A model generated the notes under the pieces. That model saw only the letters and a list, made by a program, of their open reading frames with translations. It made no database searches and had not been told where the DNA came from. The position numbers were made by a program, and so were the translations under genes. Positions 7,947 to 16,334 of a stretch of 20,000 nucleotides of DNA are shown in pieces. The stretch is from an uncultured virus (IMG/VR IMGVR_UViG_3300044608_000911) (Duplodnaviria; Heunggongvirae; Uroviricota; Caudoviricetes). The stretch lies in the IMG/VR virus record IMGVR_UViG_3300044608_000911, one strand, 5' to 3'. How positions within the stretch are numbered: position 1 is the first letter of the stretch; every line of letters begins with the position of its first letter.

Positions 7947-9374
7947 TCACATGAGGTTCTTAACAAGTACTCTTCTGTAGTACTGGTTGCGGTTTGCTGT
8001 GAGGGTCTCAGCATCTGGGGTTCCATTTGACTGGGTGACAAATGGGTTAGCAACCATTCCGTAACGGGTCTTAAAGCCAATCTTAGGTTGGAAGGTGTTA
8101 GGATCAATGCTGCGTAGCATCTGGAGGGGAACATATGGGCAGTAGAATAGTCCTGCGTCATATGGTGAAGAACCCTTATAACCAACAACGTAGTAGTGGT
8201 TGCTGGAAACGTTTGCCGAATAAGGATCAACATAGACCTTGATACGACCGTTCATGGTTCCTACTAGGAGGTTGCCAGTGTCATCAACTTCACCGATGGA
8301 AGGACCACCAGCGCCTGATAGACCTGAAGAATAATCAAGGGTGCCGCTCATAGCGAGAGCAGAAGCAACATCAGCAGAAGTGATGATGAAGTTGCCCTTA
8401 CCACGACGGGTTTGCTGAGCAATAGCGTTAGCATCGCGCTCAACTTGGAACATGAGACCCTTGAACTTCTCAACTGACCAGCGACCGTTTGAGTCAACGT
8501 CGAGGTCGAAGATACCAGCGTTAGCAACGTTGTTCTGAGCACCAGGCTTAGCAACGGTATAAACGGTTCTTACAACTTCACGGTTGATCTCAGCAAGGAT
8601 TTCGCTGGAGAGTAGGTTAGCAAGTTCCTGCTCAGCATCAAGACCGTGGATTGCCTTAAGGTCTTGTGCGAGTTCTAGAGTGTACTCAGCCTTGAGTGCT
8701 CTGGTACGTGCTTGTACCGAAGTCTTCTCGATGCTGAAGCTCATTTCGTTGAAGAGAGCACCAGCGCCTGAACCTAGAATTTCAGCAGTCTCACGAGGAA
8801 TAGCAGTTGAACCGCGCTCATAAGTGCCGCTGTCATTTAGGAGACCAGGGTTAGCATCAGTAGTGCCACCATCGCCTCTTGGGTGGGTGTCATCGCCACC
8901 AGCAGCGTTGGTCTGGTTATATACACCAGCACCAGTTGAAGAAGCAGAGAAGTTGCTATCAGGCTCGTTGTAGAGAGCTTCTGGACCAGCACGAAGAGCT
9001 GAACCATTTTCTTGATAGTGATACTTCATCGCAAAGATTAGTCCAGTAGGACCGCTCATTGGTTGAACACCGCAGATGTCATAAGCAACGAGGTTAGGCA
9101 TTGCTCTGCGGATTAGGGAGATCATAACAGGATCGAAACCTGCGAGACCACCAGTTTGGGTTCCTAGTGCGCTACCCGAAAGTGCGTTGGAACCAATAGC
9201 ACCAACTGTGTTGGATGCTTCGTTGATCATACCACGCTCTTCGCGTAGTGCCTTTTCTGTGTTTTCTAACAGAACAGCGGTAACAGCCTTTCTATAATTG
9301 TCCTTGATAGCGCCAGCGCCTTCATGACCTAGAACAGGTGACCACTTTTCGGTTAGAGCTTGTGCGTTAAACAT
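7947..9374 (-). CDS. gp23: major capsid protein precursor (T4 gp23)
   Basis: EKWSPVL, LISLIRR.MPNL.AYDICGVQPM.GPTGLIFAM, RALKAEYTLELAQDLKAIHGLDAE, FYCPYVPLQM and FQPKIGFKTRYG motifs. Confidence 0.99.
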   Translation of the reverse strand: MFNAQALTEKWSPVLGHEGAGAIKDNYRKAVTAVLLENTEKALREERGMINEASNTVGAIGSNALSGSALGTQTGGLAGFDPVMISLIRRAMPNLVAYDICGVQPMSGPTGLIFAMKYHYQENGSALRAGPEALYNEPDSNFSASSTGAGVYNQTNAAGGDDTHPRGDGGTTDANPGLLNDSGTYERGSTAIPRETAEILGSGAGALFNEMSFSIEKTSVQARTRALKAEYTLELAQDLKAIHGLDAEQELANLLSSEILAEINREVVRTVYTVAKPGAQNNVANAGIFDLDVDSNGRWSVEKFKGLMFQVERDANAIAQQTRRGKGNFIITSADVASALAMSGTLDYSSGLSGAGGPSIGEVDDTGNLLVGTMNGRIKVYVDPYSANVSSNHYYVVGYKGSSPYDAGLFYCPYVPLQMLRSIDPNTFQPKIGFKTRYGMVANPFVTQSNGTPDAETLTANRNQYYRRVLVKNLM

Positions 9375-9412
9375 TTGTTTGCTCCGTTTGAAAAATAGGT
9401 GTTAACGAATTA

Positions 9413-10573
9413 TCAGTTACCCCAGCGGTTGAGTGCTTGGAGGTATGCTGCCATTGCTGGTGATACTTCCTGACCCTCTACTGGAGTTTCATCTACAGTC
9501 TCTACTGGGGTAGCGATTGACTCTTTAAAGTAAGACTCCTTGATGGTTTTTACCTTCGCGGCGAATGACTCTTCTGAGACAAACTCTAGACCTTCAGCAA
9601 GTGCTGCTAGTTTTTCTTTCTGAGTATCTGCTAGTCCTTCCGAAACAGTGTTCAGAATGTTGATTTTGGCAGTCTCATTCAGACGATTTTGTAGTTTCAC
9701 ATTAGCCTTAACCTGTTCGTCGAGGCGCTCTTCCATTTCACGAATTGATTCAGCCATACCTTCGACCACATCAACCTTGTCGTCGGGGATCGAAATGTAG
9801 TGCTCTTCAAAGAGACCCTTAAGACCTGCGATGAAGTCTTCGGTAATCTCATTTCTGATACCACGGTCAATAGCTACTTGGTTCTCTTCCATCCATTGAC
9901 CGATGGCGTAGGTCACGGTGCCATTAACTTCTTCAGCAAGTTCGTTCTTGATTGCTTCAACTTGCTTATCTAGTTCGTTGGCAAAGTGCTCTACAAGCTT
10001 GTCATACTCTGAGTTGAGTTTTGCTGTTACTGCTGCTTCAAAGATTGTCTTTGCTTTCTCAGCAAACTCTTCTGAGAGTTCGGTGCCCTCAAGGAGAGCA
10101 TTTACGTCGTCGGTCATGTCAATTTCAAATCCAGCTTTAATTGGATAAGTGACATTTCCGCCCATCTTAGTGATGCCGTATGCTGCGGCAACATTTACTG
10201 TTGGTTGAGTTCCTTGATCGCCAGCATCTTTCTTTGCTGCGAACTGAGGATCACCAGAAATTTGCGAGATAGGTGCTGCTGCTTTCGCACCTGGGTTCTC
10301 TTCACCATCTTCGTCATTAGAATGAAGAGGCGCGGAGGTTGAACCGCCTAGATCAGCAGGAGCTGATTGACCGATCGCAACAGAAGGTTGGACGGTAGGA
10401 GCAGGATCTTTGCCGCCAGCCTTCGCAGTCTGAACGTCAGAAACCTGTGAAGGGTCGCTTCCAGAGCCAGGAATTACAGAAGCTTGAACAGTTGGCATAG
10501 GATCGCCAGCTTCAAGAATCACCTTTTGCTCGGTAACGAACTCTTCAAACTTTTCGTTTAGCATATCTGACAT
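9413..10573 (-). CDS. gp22: prohead core / scaffolding protein (T4 gp22)
   Basis: LSEEF.EKAKTIFEAAV, W.EEN..A...G and F..GLK.LFEEHY...P..K motifs; SD GAGG; synteny. Confidence 0.95.
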   Translation of the reverse strand: MSDMLNEKFEEFVTEQKVILEAGDPMPTVQASVIPGSGSDPSQVSDVQTAKAGGKDPAPTVQPSVAIGQSAPADLGGSTSAPLHSNDEDGEENPGAKAAAPISQISGDPQFAAKKDAGDQGTQPTVNVAAAYGITKMGGNVTYPIKAGFEIDMTDDVNALLEGTELSEEFAEKAKTIFEAAVTAKLNSEYDKLVEHFANELDKQVEAIKNELAEEVNGTVTYAIGQWMEENQVAIDRGIRNEITEDFIAGLKGLFEEHYISIPDDKVDVVEGMAESIREMEERLDEQVKANVKLQNRLNETAKINILNTVSEGLADTQKEKLAALAEGLEFVSEESFAAKVKTIKESYFKESIATPVETVDETPVEGQEVSPAMAAYLQALNRWGN

Positions 10574-10613
10574 TTGAGTTTACCTCGTAATTTCCGTATA
10601 ATTATTCTAAGTT

Positions 10614-10621
10614 TATTTATG
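10614..10621 (-). promoter_or_regulatory. late promoter for gp22/gp23
   Basis: CATAAATA on the minus strand between the gp21 stop and the gp22 start. Confidence 0.75.
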
Positions 10622-10624
10622 AAA

Positions 10625-11269
10625 TCAAAGATTTGAGAGAAAATGCTCAAACACTTTGAGCGTTCTCGCTTCCATATTTTGACGAGTTGCCTCATCAATA
10701 TACTTGCGATATTTATCTACTTTCGCTTCCTTTAGAATTCCGTTGTCCCAAATCCACTCTTTTCCTTCCATGATGCCATTTACAAAAGCATCTGGTGCGG
10801 AAGGATCTGCTACAATATCAGCAGCGGTGGTTAGGAAGAAGTCATCGCGGACAATCGAGATATCCTCTCTCTTGTCAATACTTCCCATGCCACGAGAAGA
10901 AACACCAAGTTGTACTCCTTCACCAAGAAGTGACTTAGCAATCTGTCCCATGGGAGTATCTAGAATTTGTGCCTTGCCATAGAAGTTGTGTCCTTCTGCG
11001 CGGAGTTCAACAATTCTATGTGACACTCTATCAAGATTGATAGTAGGACCGTCTGGGTGTCCTAGTTCTCCAAGAGCTCTCTTTGACTTTACATATTCTT
11101 CGTTGTATCTCTGAACCTCGCGGTTGAGAACATCGAAAGGATACATACGACCGTTGCGGTTCTTGAGTTCAGACTGAAGAAAAACTCCTTCAATATAAAG
11201 AAGTTTCTTTCCGTTCTTTTCTTCTGTGAGAACTTTTACGTCCTCAATCTGTTCCGTTATCAGTTTCAT
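10625..11269 (-). CDS. gp21: prohead protease (T4 gp21)
   Basis: Start MKLITE at 11269 is the family-typical N-terminus; KNRNGR.YP, RALGELGHP, LGVSSRGMGS and DIVADPSAPDAFV motifs. Confidence 0.97.
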   Translation of the reverse strand: MKLITEQIEDVKVLTEEKNGKKLLYIEGVFLQSELKNRNGRMYPFDVLNREVQRYNEEYVKSKRALGELGHPDGPTINLDRVSHRIVELRAEGHNFYGKAQILDTPMGQIAKSLLGEGVQLGVSSRGMGSIDKREDISIVRDDFFLTTAADIVADPSAPDAFVNGIMEGKEWIWDNGILKEAKVDKYRKYIDEATRQNMEARTLKVFEHFLSNL

Positions 11270-11453
11270 CGGTTTCGGTTTCGGTTGGTTCGTCAAAGAA
11301 TGTGTTTGCCACTACTTGCTTATATTGCGCCATAGCATCAGATGCTTTAGCAAATAGCATGTCGTGGATTGCGTCAATCGCAGATGCTCTGTCGTTATCG
11401 CTGATCTTGCCAACAATATCAACGGCACCCATTTCGTTATTAGTTTCAGTCAT
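11244..11453 (-). CDS. small acidic prohead core protein (gp67/gp68-like position)
   Basis: Acidic 69-aa ORF between portal and protease, the conserved position of the small core proteins. Confidence 0.75.
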   Translation of the reverse strand: MTETNNEMGAVDIVGKISDNDRASAIDAIHDMLFAKASDAMAQYKQVVANTFFDEPTETETDETDNGTD

Positions 11454-11472
11454 GATAAGATAACAATATATT

Positions 11473-13182
11473 TTATTTAGACTTTGGCGTAGGTTTAGGT
11501 TGCGCCTTCATCTTTTCCATCTCTCGATCTAGATTTGCGTCCGCAGCTTCTTGCTCTCTAGCAGCACTATCTTGTGCCTGAATATTTGAAATTTCTGGAC
11601 TAAATGCTGTGTTTTGCTGTGACATAGTATCCAGCATATTTGTCTGTGCTGGATCAATCGCAAGACCAGATGCGATCTCTCCCTTCATCTGCTTATCAAT
11701 TTCCTTGAATTCTTTTTCAGTTTGATTGAGGATATGCTTACGGATATATTCAACAGAGAAGTATTTGCCAGCAAAAGGATCCATCTGTGTGACAATAGCA
11801 ATACGCTGTGTCATCATTTCAATTTCTTTCAGTTCGTTGAAATGATTATCAAATAAGAAGTCGTATTGGATATGCTCTTTCATATCATCCCAATCTTCTG
11901 GTGAGATGATACCCTTGAGAATTAGTTGTGTCTTGAGAATATCCTGGAATAGTTCGCTGAAACGCTTGCGGAGACGACCGATGAACTTAGCAAATTTGAG
12001 TTCATCCCTGAGAACCTCTGTGGTCTTACCAAGATTAAACCCTTTGTTGTCATCCGTAAGGCGGGAAGGTGGTAGGTTTAGTGAGTTGTAAAGTTTCTTT
12101 TTGAAATACTCAACGTCCTTGAGTTCGCCAAGGTTTTGACCGCCTGGGAGTGTAGTGATCTCAGTTCCTCTACCGCCTTCACGACGAGGTAACCAGAAAT
12201 CTTCAAGCATAGACATATGCTTTTTATCATCACGCATCTCTCCAGTTGAAGAATCATATACAAGTTTATTTCTGTAACGAGACATTACATCGCGGAGGTA
12301 TTGCTCTGCTTTTACCTTTGGAAGATTGCCTACATCAATATAAAAAATTCTACGTTCTGGTGCGCGTGACAATCTGTAGATTACCAAACTATCTTCAATC
12401 ATTCTCAGCTGATTGAGAGATTTGATTGCCTTATGGAGGAAGCTCAGCGTCATACGCTTATTGAGATCTTGTAGTCCAGAAGGAATAAAGGTGACGCTAT
12501 CAACTGCCATCTTCACTCCTTGTGAAAGTGACATGTCACCAATTGGTCCTAGGACACCACCTTGATAGAAACCTTTTGGATTGAACAAATAATAATCTAC
12601 AAATGTTCCGTACTCATACTCAAGTGCTGTTCCTTTGATGGCAGCACGAGCAAGAGAATCTTTTGGTTTATCATCAATCTTTTGACGAACCTTCTTGATC
12701 TTCATCGGATCAATATAACGAAGTTCCGTAATACCTTTCTTTGGGTTGTCTAGATCAATTACTTTGTGGTAGAATACTCTACCATCAATATACCAGTTAC
12801 GCACAATCTCATGTGCGCGATTATCAAAATTTAAAAGTCTTTTGATATAATCAAATTCATTTCTAATTTTATTTTTTACTCCAGATCCAACATCTAGATT
12901 ATCTAAGTTGATTTCTACTGGACTATCGTTAGCATCACTTACTACAAATTCATTCACAACTTCATCAATAGCACTATCAACTTCTGGGTGAAGTGCCATG
13001 TCACGATAACGACGGATCAACTCAAACTCATTACGAGCTTGAGAAGCATTATCCGTTTCTACATATGTTCCATAATAACCACCTGCCGCAACCGCAATCG
13101 GTTCGTCAGCAGAAGGAGGCACAGGGGACTGACCCTTCTGTGCCTCCTTTCGATTAATTTGGAAGCCAAATAGTTGACTCAT
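11473..13182 (-). CDS. gp20: portal vertex protein (T4 gp20)
   Basis: LI.RYR.MALHPEVDSAI, LNQLRMIEDSLVIYR.SRAPERRIFYIDVGNLPK and MLEDFWLPRREGGRGTEITTLPGGQNLG motifs. Confidence 0.99.
   Translation of the reverse strand: MSQLFGFQINRKEAQKGQSPVPPSADEPIAVAAGGYYGTYVETDNASQARNEFELIRRYRDMALHPEVDSAIDEVVNEFVVSDANDSPVEINLDNLDVGSGVKNKIRNEFDYIKRLLNFDNRAHEIVRNWYIDGRVFYHKVIDLDNPKKGITELRYIDPMKIKKVRQKIDDKPKDSLARAAIKGTALEYEYGTFVDYYLFNPKGFYQGGVLGPIGDMSLSQGVKMAVDSVTFIPSGLQDLNKRMTLSFLHKAIKSLNQLRMIEDSLVIYRLSRAPERRIFYIDVGNLPKVKAEQYLRDVMSRYRNKLVYDSSTGEMRDDKKHMSMLEDFWLPRREGGRGTEITTLPGGQNLGELKDVEYFKKKLYNSLNLPPSRLTDDNKGFNLGKTTEVLRDELKFAKFIGRLRKRFSELFQDILKTQLILKGIISPEDWDDMKEHIQYDFLFDNHFNELKEIEMMTQRIAIVTQMDPFAGKYFSVEYIRKHILNQTEKEFKEIDKQMKGEIASGLAIDPAQTNMLDTMSQQNTAFSPEISNIQAQDSAAREQEAADANLDREMEKMKAQPKPTPKSK
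11474..11481 (-). promoter_or_regulatory. late promoter overlapping the gp20 stop
   Basis: TCTAAATA on the minus strand. Confidence 0.65.
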
Positions 13183-13211
13183 GATTAGATATTCAAATTA
13201 CTGCTTCCAAC

Positions 13212-13219
13212 TATTTATC
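13212..13219 (-). promoter_or_regulatory. late promoter for gp20
   Basis: GATAAATA on the minus strand overlapping the gp19 stop. Confidence 0.75.
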
Positions 13220-13805
13220 AGACTACTGGGAGTGAAGATACGCCCTGTCTGGTTCCTGCCTCGGCAGTGAAGTACGAATATTGGAACTCAACTGTGAATT
13301 CTTCAATTTGATCATTGCTATCATAAGCAACATCAATTTGAGAAACATTGGTTGGGAAGCAATACTTGAGTGAGTATGTTCTCAAGATAGCACCTTCTTC
13401 GCTAGCATCTTTCTCTAGTTGCTTAACTCCAAGGTCAGCCATATAACCAGACGAATTGTTTGGAGTAAAGAGAGGAGCAGTGTTGCCCTCGTGAGTGTTG
13501 ATGCTATTTGCCCACTGCTCAAAGAATGAGCGTAGTTTGAAGTCCTTATCGTTGAAGAAGGTGGCAGTCCAAGTATCAAAGGTGCGATCACCTGCGATCT
13601 TAACTGTTCTTCCACGGAAAGGAACTTCGATAACACCTAGGTTTGAACCTGGGAGTGCTGCTGACTTACAAAGTAGATTTGTAAGATTTTGATCTTCTGA
13701 CTGCTTTGATAGCGTGGCAGGAAACTGAACATCAATCAGGAACATGTTGGGCTTCACGCCCTGACCGATAGTTTGTAGGAACTGACTTACGTTTGACGAT
13801 GCCAT
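13218..13805 (-). CDS. gp19: tail tube protein (T4 gp19)
   Basis: LCK.AALP.SN.G.IEVPFRGR..KIAGDRTFDTW and FPTNVS.I...YDS...IEEF.VEFQ motifs. Confidence 0.97.
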   Translation of the reverse strand: MASSNVSQFLQTIGQGVKPNMFLIDVQFPATLSKQSEDQNLTNLLCKSAALPGSNLGVIEVPFRGRTVKIAGDRTFDTWTATFFNDKDFKLRSFFEQWANSINTHEGNTAPLFTPNNSSGYMADLGVKQLEKDASEEGAILRTYSLKYCFPTNVSQIDVAYDSNDQIEEFTVEFQYSYFTAEAGTRQGVSSLPVV

Positions 13806-13839
13806 TAGTGGTTACCTCTGTGATTTTTTCTTATACTAC

Positions 13840-13847
13840 TAATTATC
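13840..13847 (-). promoter_or_regulatory. variant late promoter (GATAATTA) for gp19
   Basis: One mismatch from the TAAATA core; overlaps the gp18 stop like the other late promoters. Confidence 0.45.
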
Positions 13848-16026
13848 TACCAACGACTTCCGAGAAGGAAACGCCCGTTCTGGTTGCCGTTACGGTAACC
13901 GTTACATAGTTGATTGAGCGGGTTGGCTTGAGGTAGAGTTCAGCCACAAACTCATTTCTATCAATGACTTCTGGGGTATTGTTTGTTTCATCGCAAACAA
14001 CAAGGAAGTCAGTGACACCTCTACGTGCTTGAACTTCTGCTAAGTAAGAAGAAATTGAAGCGGTGAAGTTTGAACGAGTGGTGCTATCGTTTTGCTCAAA
14101 GAGTACTCCTTCAGCAAGTGCTTTTGCTCTCTTCTCAACATTGAGGAACAAACGACGAACGTTAATTCTATCAAATGCGGAAGGTGAAGCAAGACCAGTC
14201 TTGTCTCCAAAGAGAACAGGACCAGAACCAGGAAGTGAAACGATTGGGTTAATTCTGTTGCTGTAGAGATCATCTCTTGCTGCTTTGTTTGGATTGAAAG
14301 CAAGCTTCACAACATTTTGAACACCCCCACGATTTAGACCAGCTGGTGAGAACCAGTCATCTAGAATTGCCGAGGTTGAAACACAAAGTCCAGCAACATC
14401 ACCGTTACAACCGATGTAACGATACTTATCGTTGAAACGATCATAGGTGTATTTGATACCACTATCTAAAACAACATAGGAGCTAGAAGCAATGTTGTCA
14501 AAGAAAGCGATGGTATTTGAAAGTTGGGTAGATGCTGTAATAGCAGCACCTCCAGAAGTAGCTACCTGATTACCAACATATGGTGAGAGGAAAGCGACAC
14601 AATCTTTTCTGCTATTTGCGACAGCAGCAACTGCTTGTGCCTTAGCAATTGTATCAACTTCATTACTCATTGAACCACCCATTAGAACAAAGTCAATTTG
14701 GGTTTCTTCTGTATCAAGGAAAGTATCATATGCTGCTTGAATTTCTCCAGCAGTGTAAGCATAATCATCAAGACCACCTGATAGAGTTCCGCCAGCAGTT
14801 TGAAGAATTCTTGACAATTCTTTTGGAGCACCTGAAGTTGCTGCGTATGAAGCAGCAGTTCCACCAGGATTTTCACCAGCAGTTGTGATTTCAGCAGAAG
14901 TCAATTCTTGACCAGCATAGATGTAGTTTGAAAACTCATTGATTGCTGACTTCCAGTATGTTGAATTTCCTTCTGGTGACTTAGCATCAGAGATCTTTGA
15001 AAGATATGGGAAACGCTCAACAACAGTATTATCTCTTTCGTCAATTACAGCAACATGAACTTCATCATATGAAAGATAACGCTCTGCTGCCCAAGGTGAA
15101 GTACCAGGACGAGGACCAATTGCCTTGAATGATAGACCAGTTGATCCAATTAGTTCTGCGTTCCAATCTGAGTTGGTGTATGCGGAAACCGTTGATGCTA
15201 CGGTAACAACGGTAGCAGCATTGAATGTTAAGTCGTTTGTTGGGGAAGTTCCACCTAAAGCAGTTCCAAGAATTGTGAAAGTATCTCCAGCAACATAACC
15301 AGATCCACCACCAGAAACTGTAACTGTGTAAGTTCCACCAGCACGAGAAACATTGAATGTTGCTCCTGTTCCAGCAGCACTGTTAGTTGTGTAAGCAACG
15401 CTAGTATATGAAGCAGATCCAGTGGCAGCAGTTCCGCTAACCGAATTGGTTGTTAGGATTTTTCCTGTTGGAATTGATGTTGGTACTGCGCTTCCCTTTA
15501 CGATTGTGAAGTTGTCGTTATCAACAACGTCATAAACTTCGTGAGTAACACCAGCGTTATCTGTGAAAGTACCACCAACCGAGAGACCGTGACCTACTTT
15601 TGCTACTTTGTAATCAGCACCACGATCAACGATAACTACACGATAGTAATTACCTTCGGTTCCTGCGTAACGAGCAGCGAATTTTTCTGTTGTAACACCA
15701 GCATCAAAAGCTTCTTTATCAGCGATTAGAACTCCAGTGCCACTCTTAGTTGCGTTCTTTACGGTTGTTTCTGCGCGGAGAACTGCTAATTGTCCACCGT
15801 AACGTAGGAATTCTGCTCCCACTAACCAATCGGAAGCATTTGCCTCAGCTGGTGTTCCGAAGGTGTCAATTAATTCTCTTTCAGAATTGACGTTAATTAC
15901 TTTGCCTACTGGTCCAGTGCGAAATGTAGTGGCAAAAGCAGCGCGAATAGCGAGTGCTCCAGTTACTACAGCATTGGATAAATCACGCTCCTTAATAACA
16001 ACACCAGGCGAGACTTGACTTGCCAT
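13843..16026 (-). CDS. gp18: tail sheath protein (T4 gp18)
   Basis: SPGV.IKERDL, RKDCVAF.SP, WFSPAG.NRG, FGDKT..A.PSAFDRINVRRLF and KPTRSINY motifs. Confidence 0.98.
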   Translation of the reverse strand: MASQVSPGVVIKERDLSNAVVTGALAIRAAFATTFRTGPVGKVINVNSERELIDTFGTPAEANASDWLVGAEFLRYGGQLAVLRAETTVKNATKSGTGVLIADKEAFDAGVTTEKFAARYAGTEGNYYRVVIVDRGADYKVAKVGHGLSVGGTFTDNAGVTHEVYDVVDNDNFTIVKGSAVPTSIPTGKILTTNSVSGTAATGSASYTSVAYTTNSAAGTGATFNVSRAGGTYTVTVSGGGSGYVAGDTFTILGTALGGTSPTNDLTFNAATVVTVASTVSAYTNSDWNAELIGSTGLSFKAIGPRPGTSPWAAERYLSYDEVHVAVIDERDNTVVERFPYLSKISDAKSPEGNSTYWKSAINEFSNYIYAGQELTSAEITTAGENPGGTAASYAATSGAPKELSRILQTAGGTLSGGLDDYAYTAGEIQAAYDTFLDTEETQIDFVLMGGSMSNEVDTIAKAQAVAAVANSRKDCVAFLSPYVGNQVATSGGAAITASTQLSNTIAFFDNIASSSYVVLDSGIKYTYDRFNDKYRYIGCNGDVAGLCVSTSAILDDWFSPAGLNRGGVQNVVKLAFNPNKAARDDLYSNRINPIVSLPGSGPVLFGDKTGLASPSAFDRINVRRLFLNVEKRAKALAEGVLFEQNDSTTRSNFTASISSYLAEVQARRGVTDFLVVCDETNNTPEVIDRNEFVAELYLKPTRSINYVTVTVTATRTGVSFSEVVGR

Positions 16027-16061
16027 TTGTTTACCTCTTAGATATCAAATTTATCTAAATC

Positions 16062-16069
16062 TATTTAGA
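16062..16069 (-). promoter_or_regulatory. late promoter for gp18
   Basis: TCTAAATA on the minus strand about 35 nt upstream of the ATG; SD GAGG downstream. Confidence 0.75.
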
Positions 16070-16109
16070 AATTAGTGATGTTCAGAGGGGGAAACAATGC
16101 ATGAACATA

Positions 16110-16334
16110 CTACCAATCTGGATATGACCAATTTGTATGATCTTTTTTTCTTGCTTCGATAATTCTTTTGACCGTACATGCTTTACATTCGTATGAATAT
16201 GCTGACGGAAATGGTCTTTTGTTTTTTCTAATCAAATAGAAATCTGTAAGAAGGTCTTTTTCTTTGTGACAAGTTCTACACTTTCTCTCTTTAAAGATAA
16301 GATGTTCTAAAGAAAACTGATCTTCTAAGTCCAT
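16110..16334 (-). CDS. small CxxC...CxxC zinc-binding protein, conserved between gp17 and gp18 in cyanophages
   Basis: Likely start MDLEDQ at 16334 (TAATG overlap with the gp17 stop); RKCRTC...YECKAC; ends YPDW. Confidence 0.8.
   Translation of the reverse strand: MDLEDQFSLEHLIFKERKCRTCHKEKDLLTDFYLIRKNKRPFPSAYSYECKACTVKRIIEARKKDHTNWSYPDW

Noticed and set aside
7895..8233. 112-aa alternative-frame ORF overlapping the gp23 3' end (possible frameshift extension)
   Set aside because: It runs through the terminator hairpin and U tract, has no recognisable motif or RBS, and I saw no slippery site; it is a shadow of biased gp23 codons.
9375..9412. Possible dedicated late promoter for gp23 (GATAATTC)
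   Set aside because: Two mismatches to the TAAATA core; gp23 is probably transcribed from the gp22 promoter.
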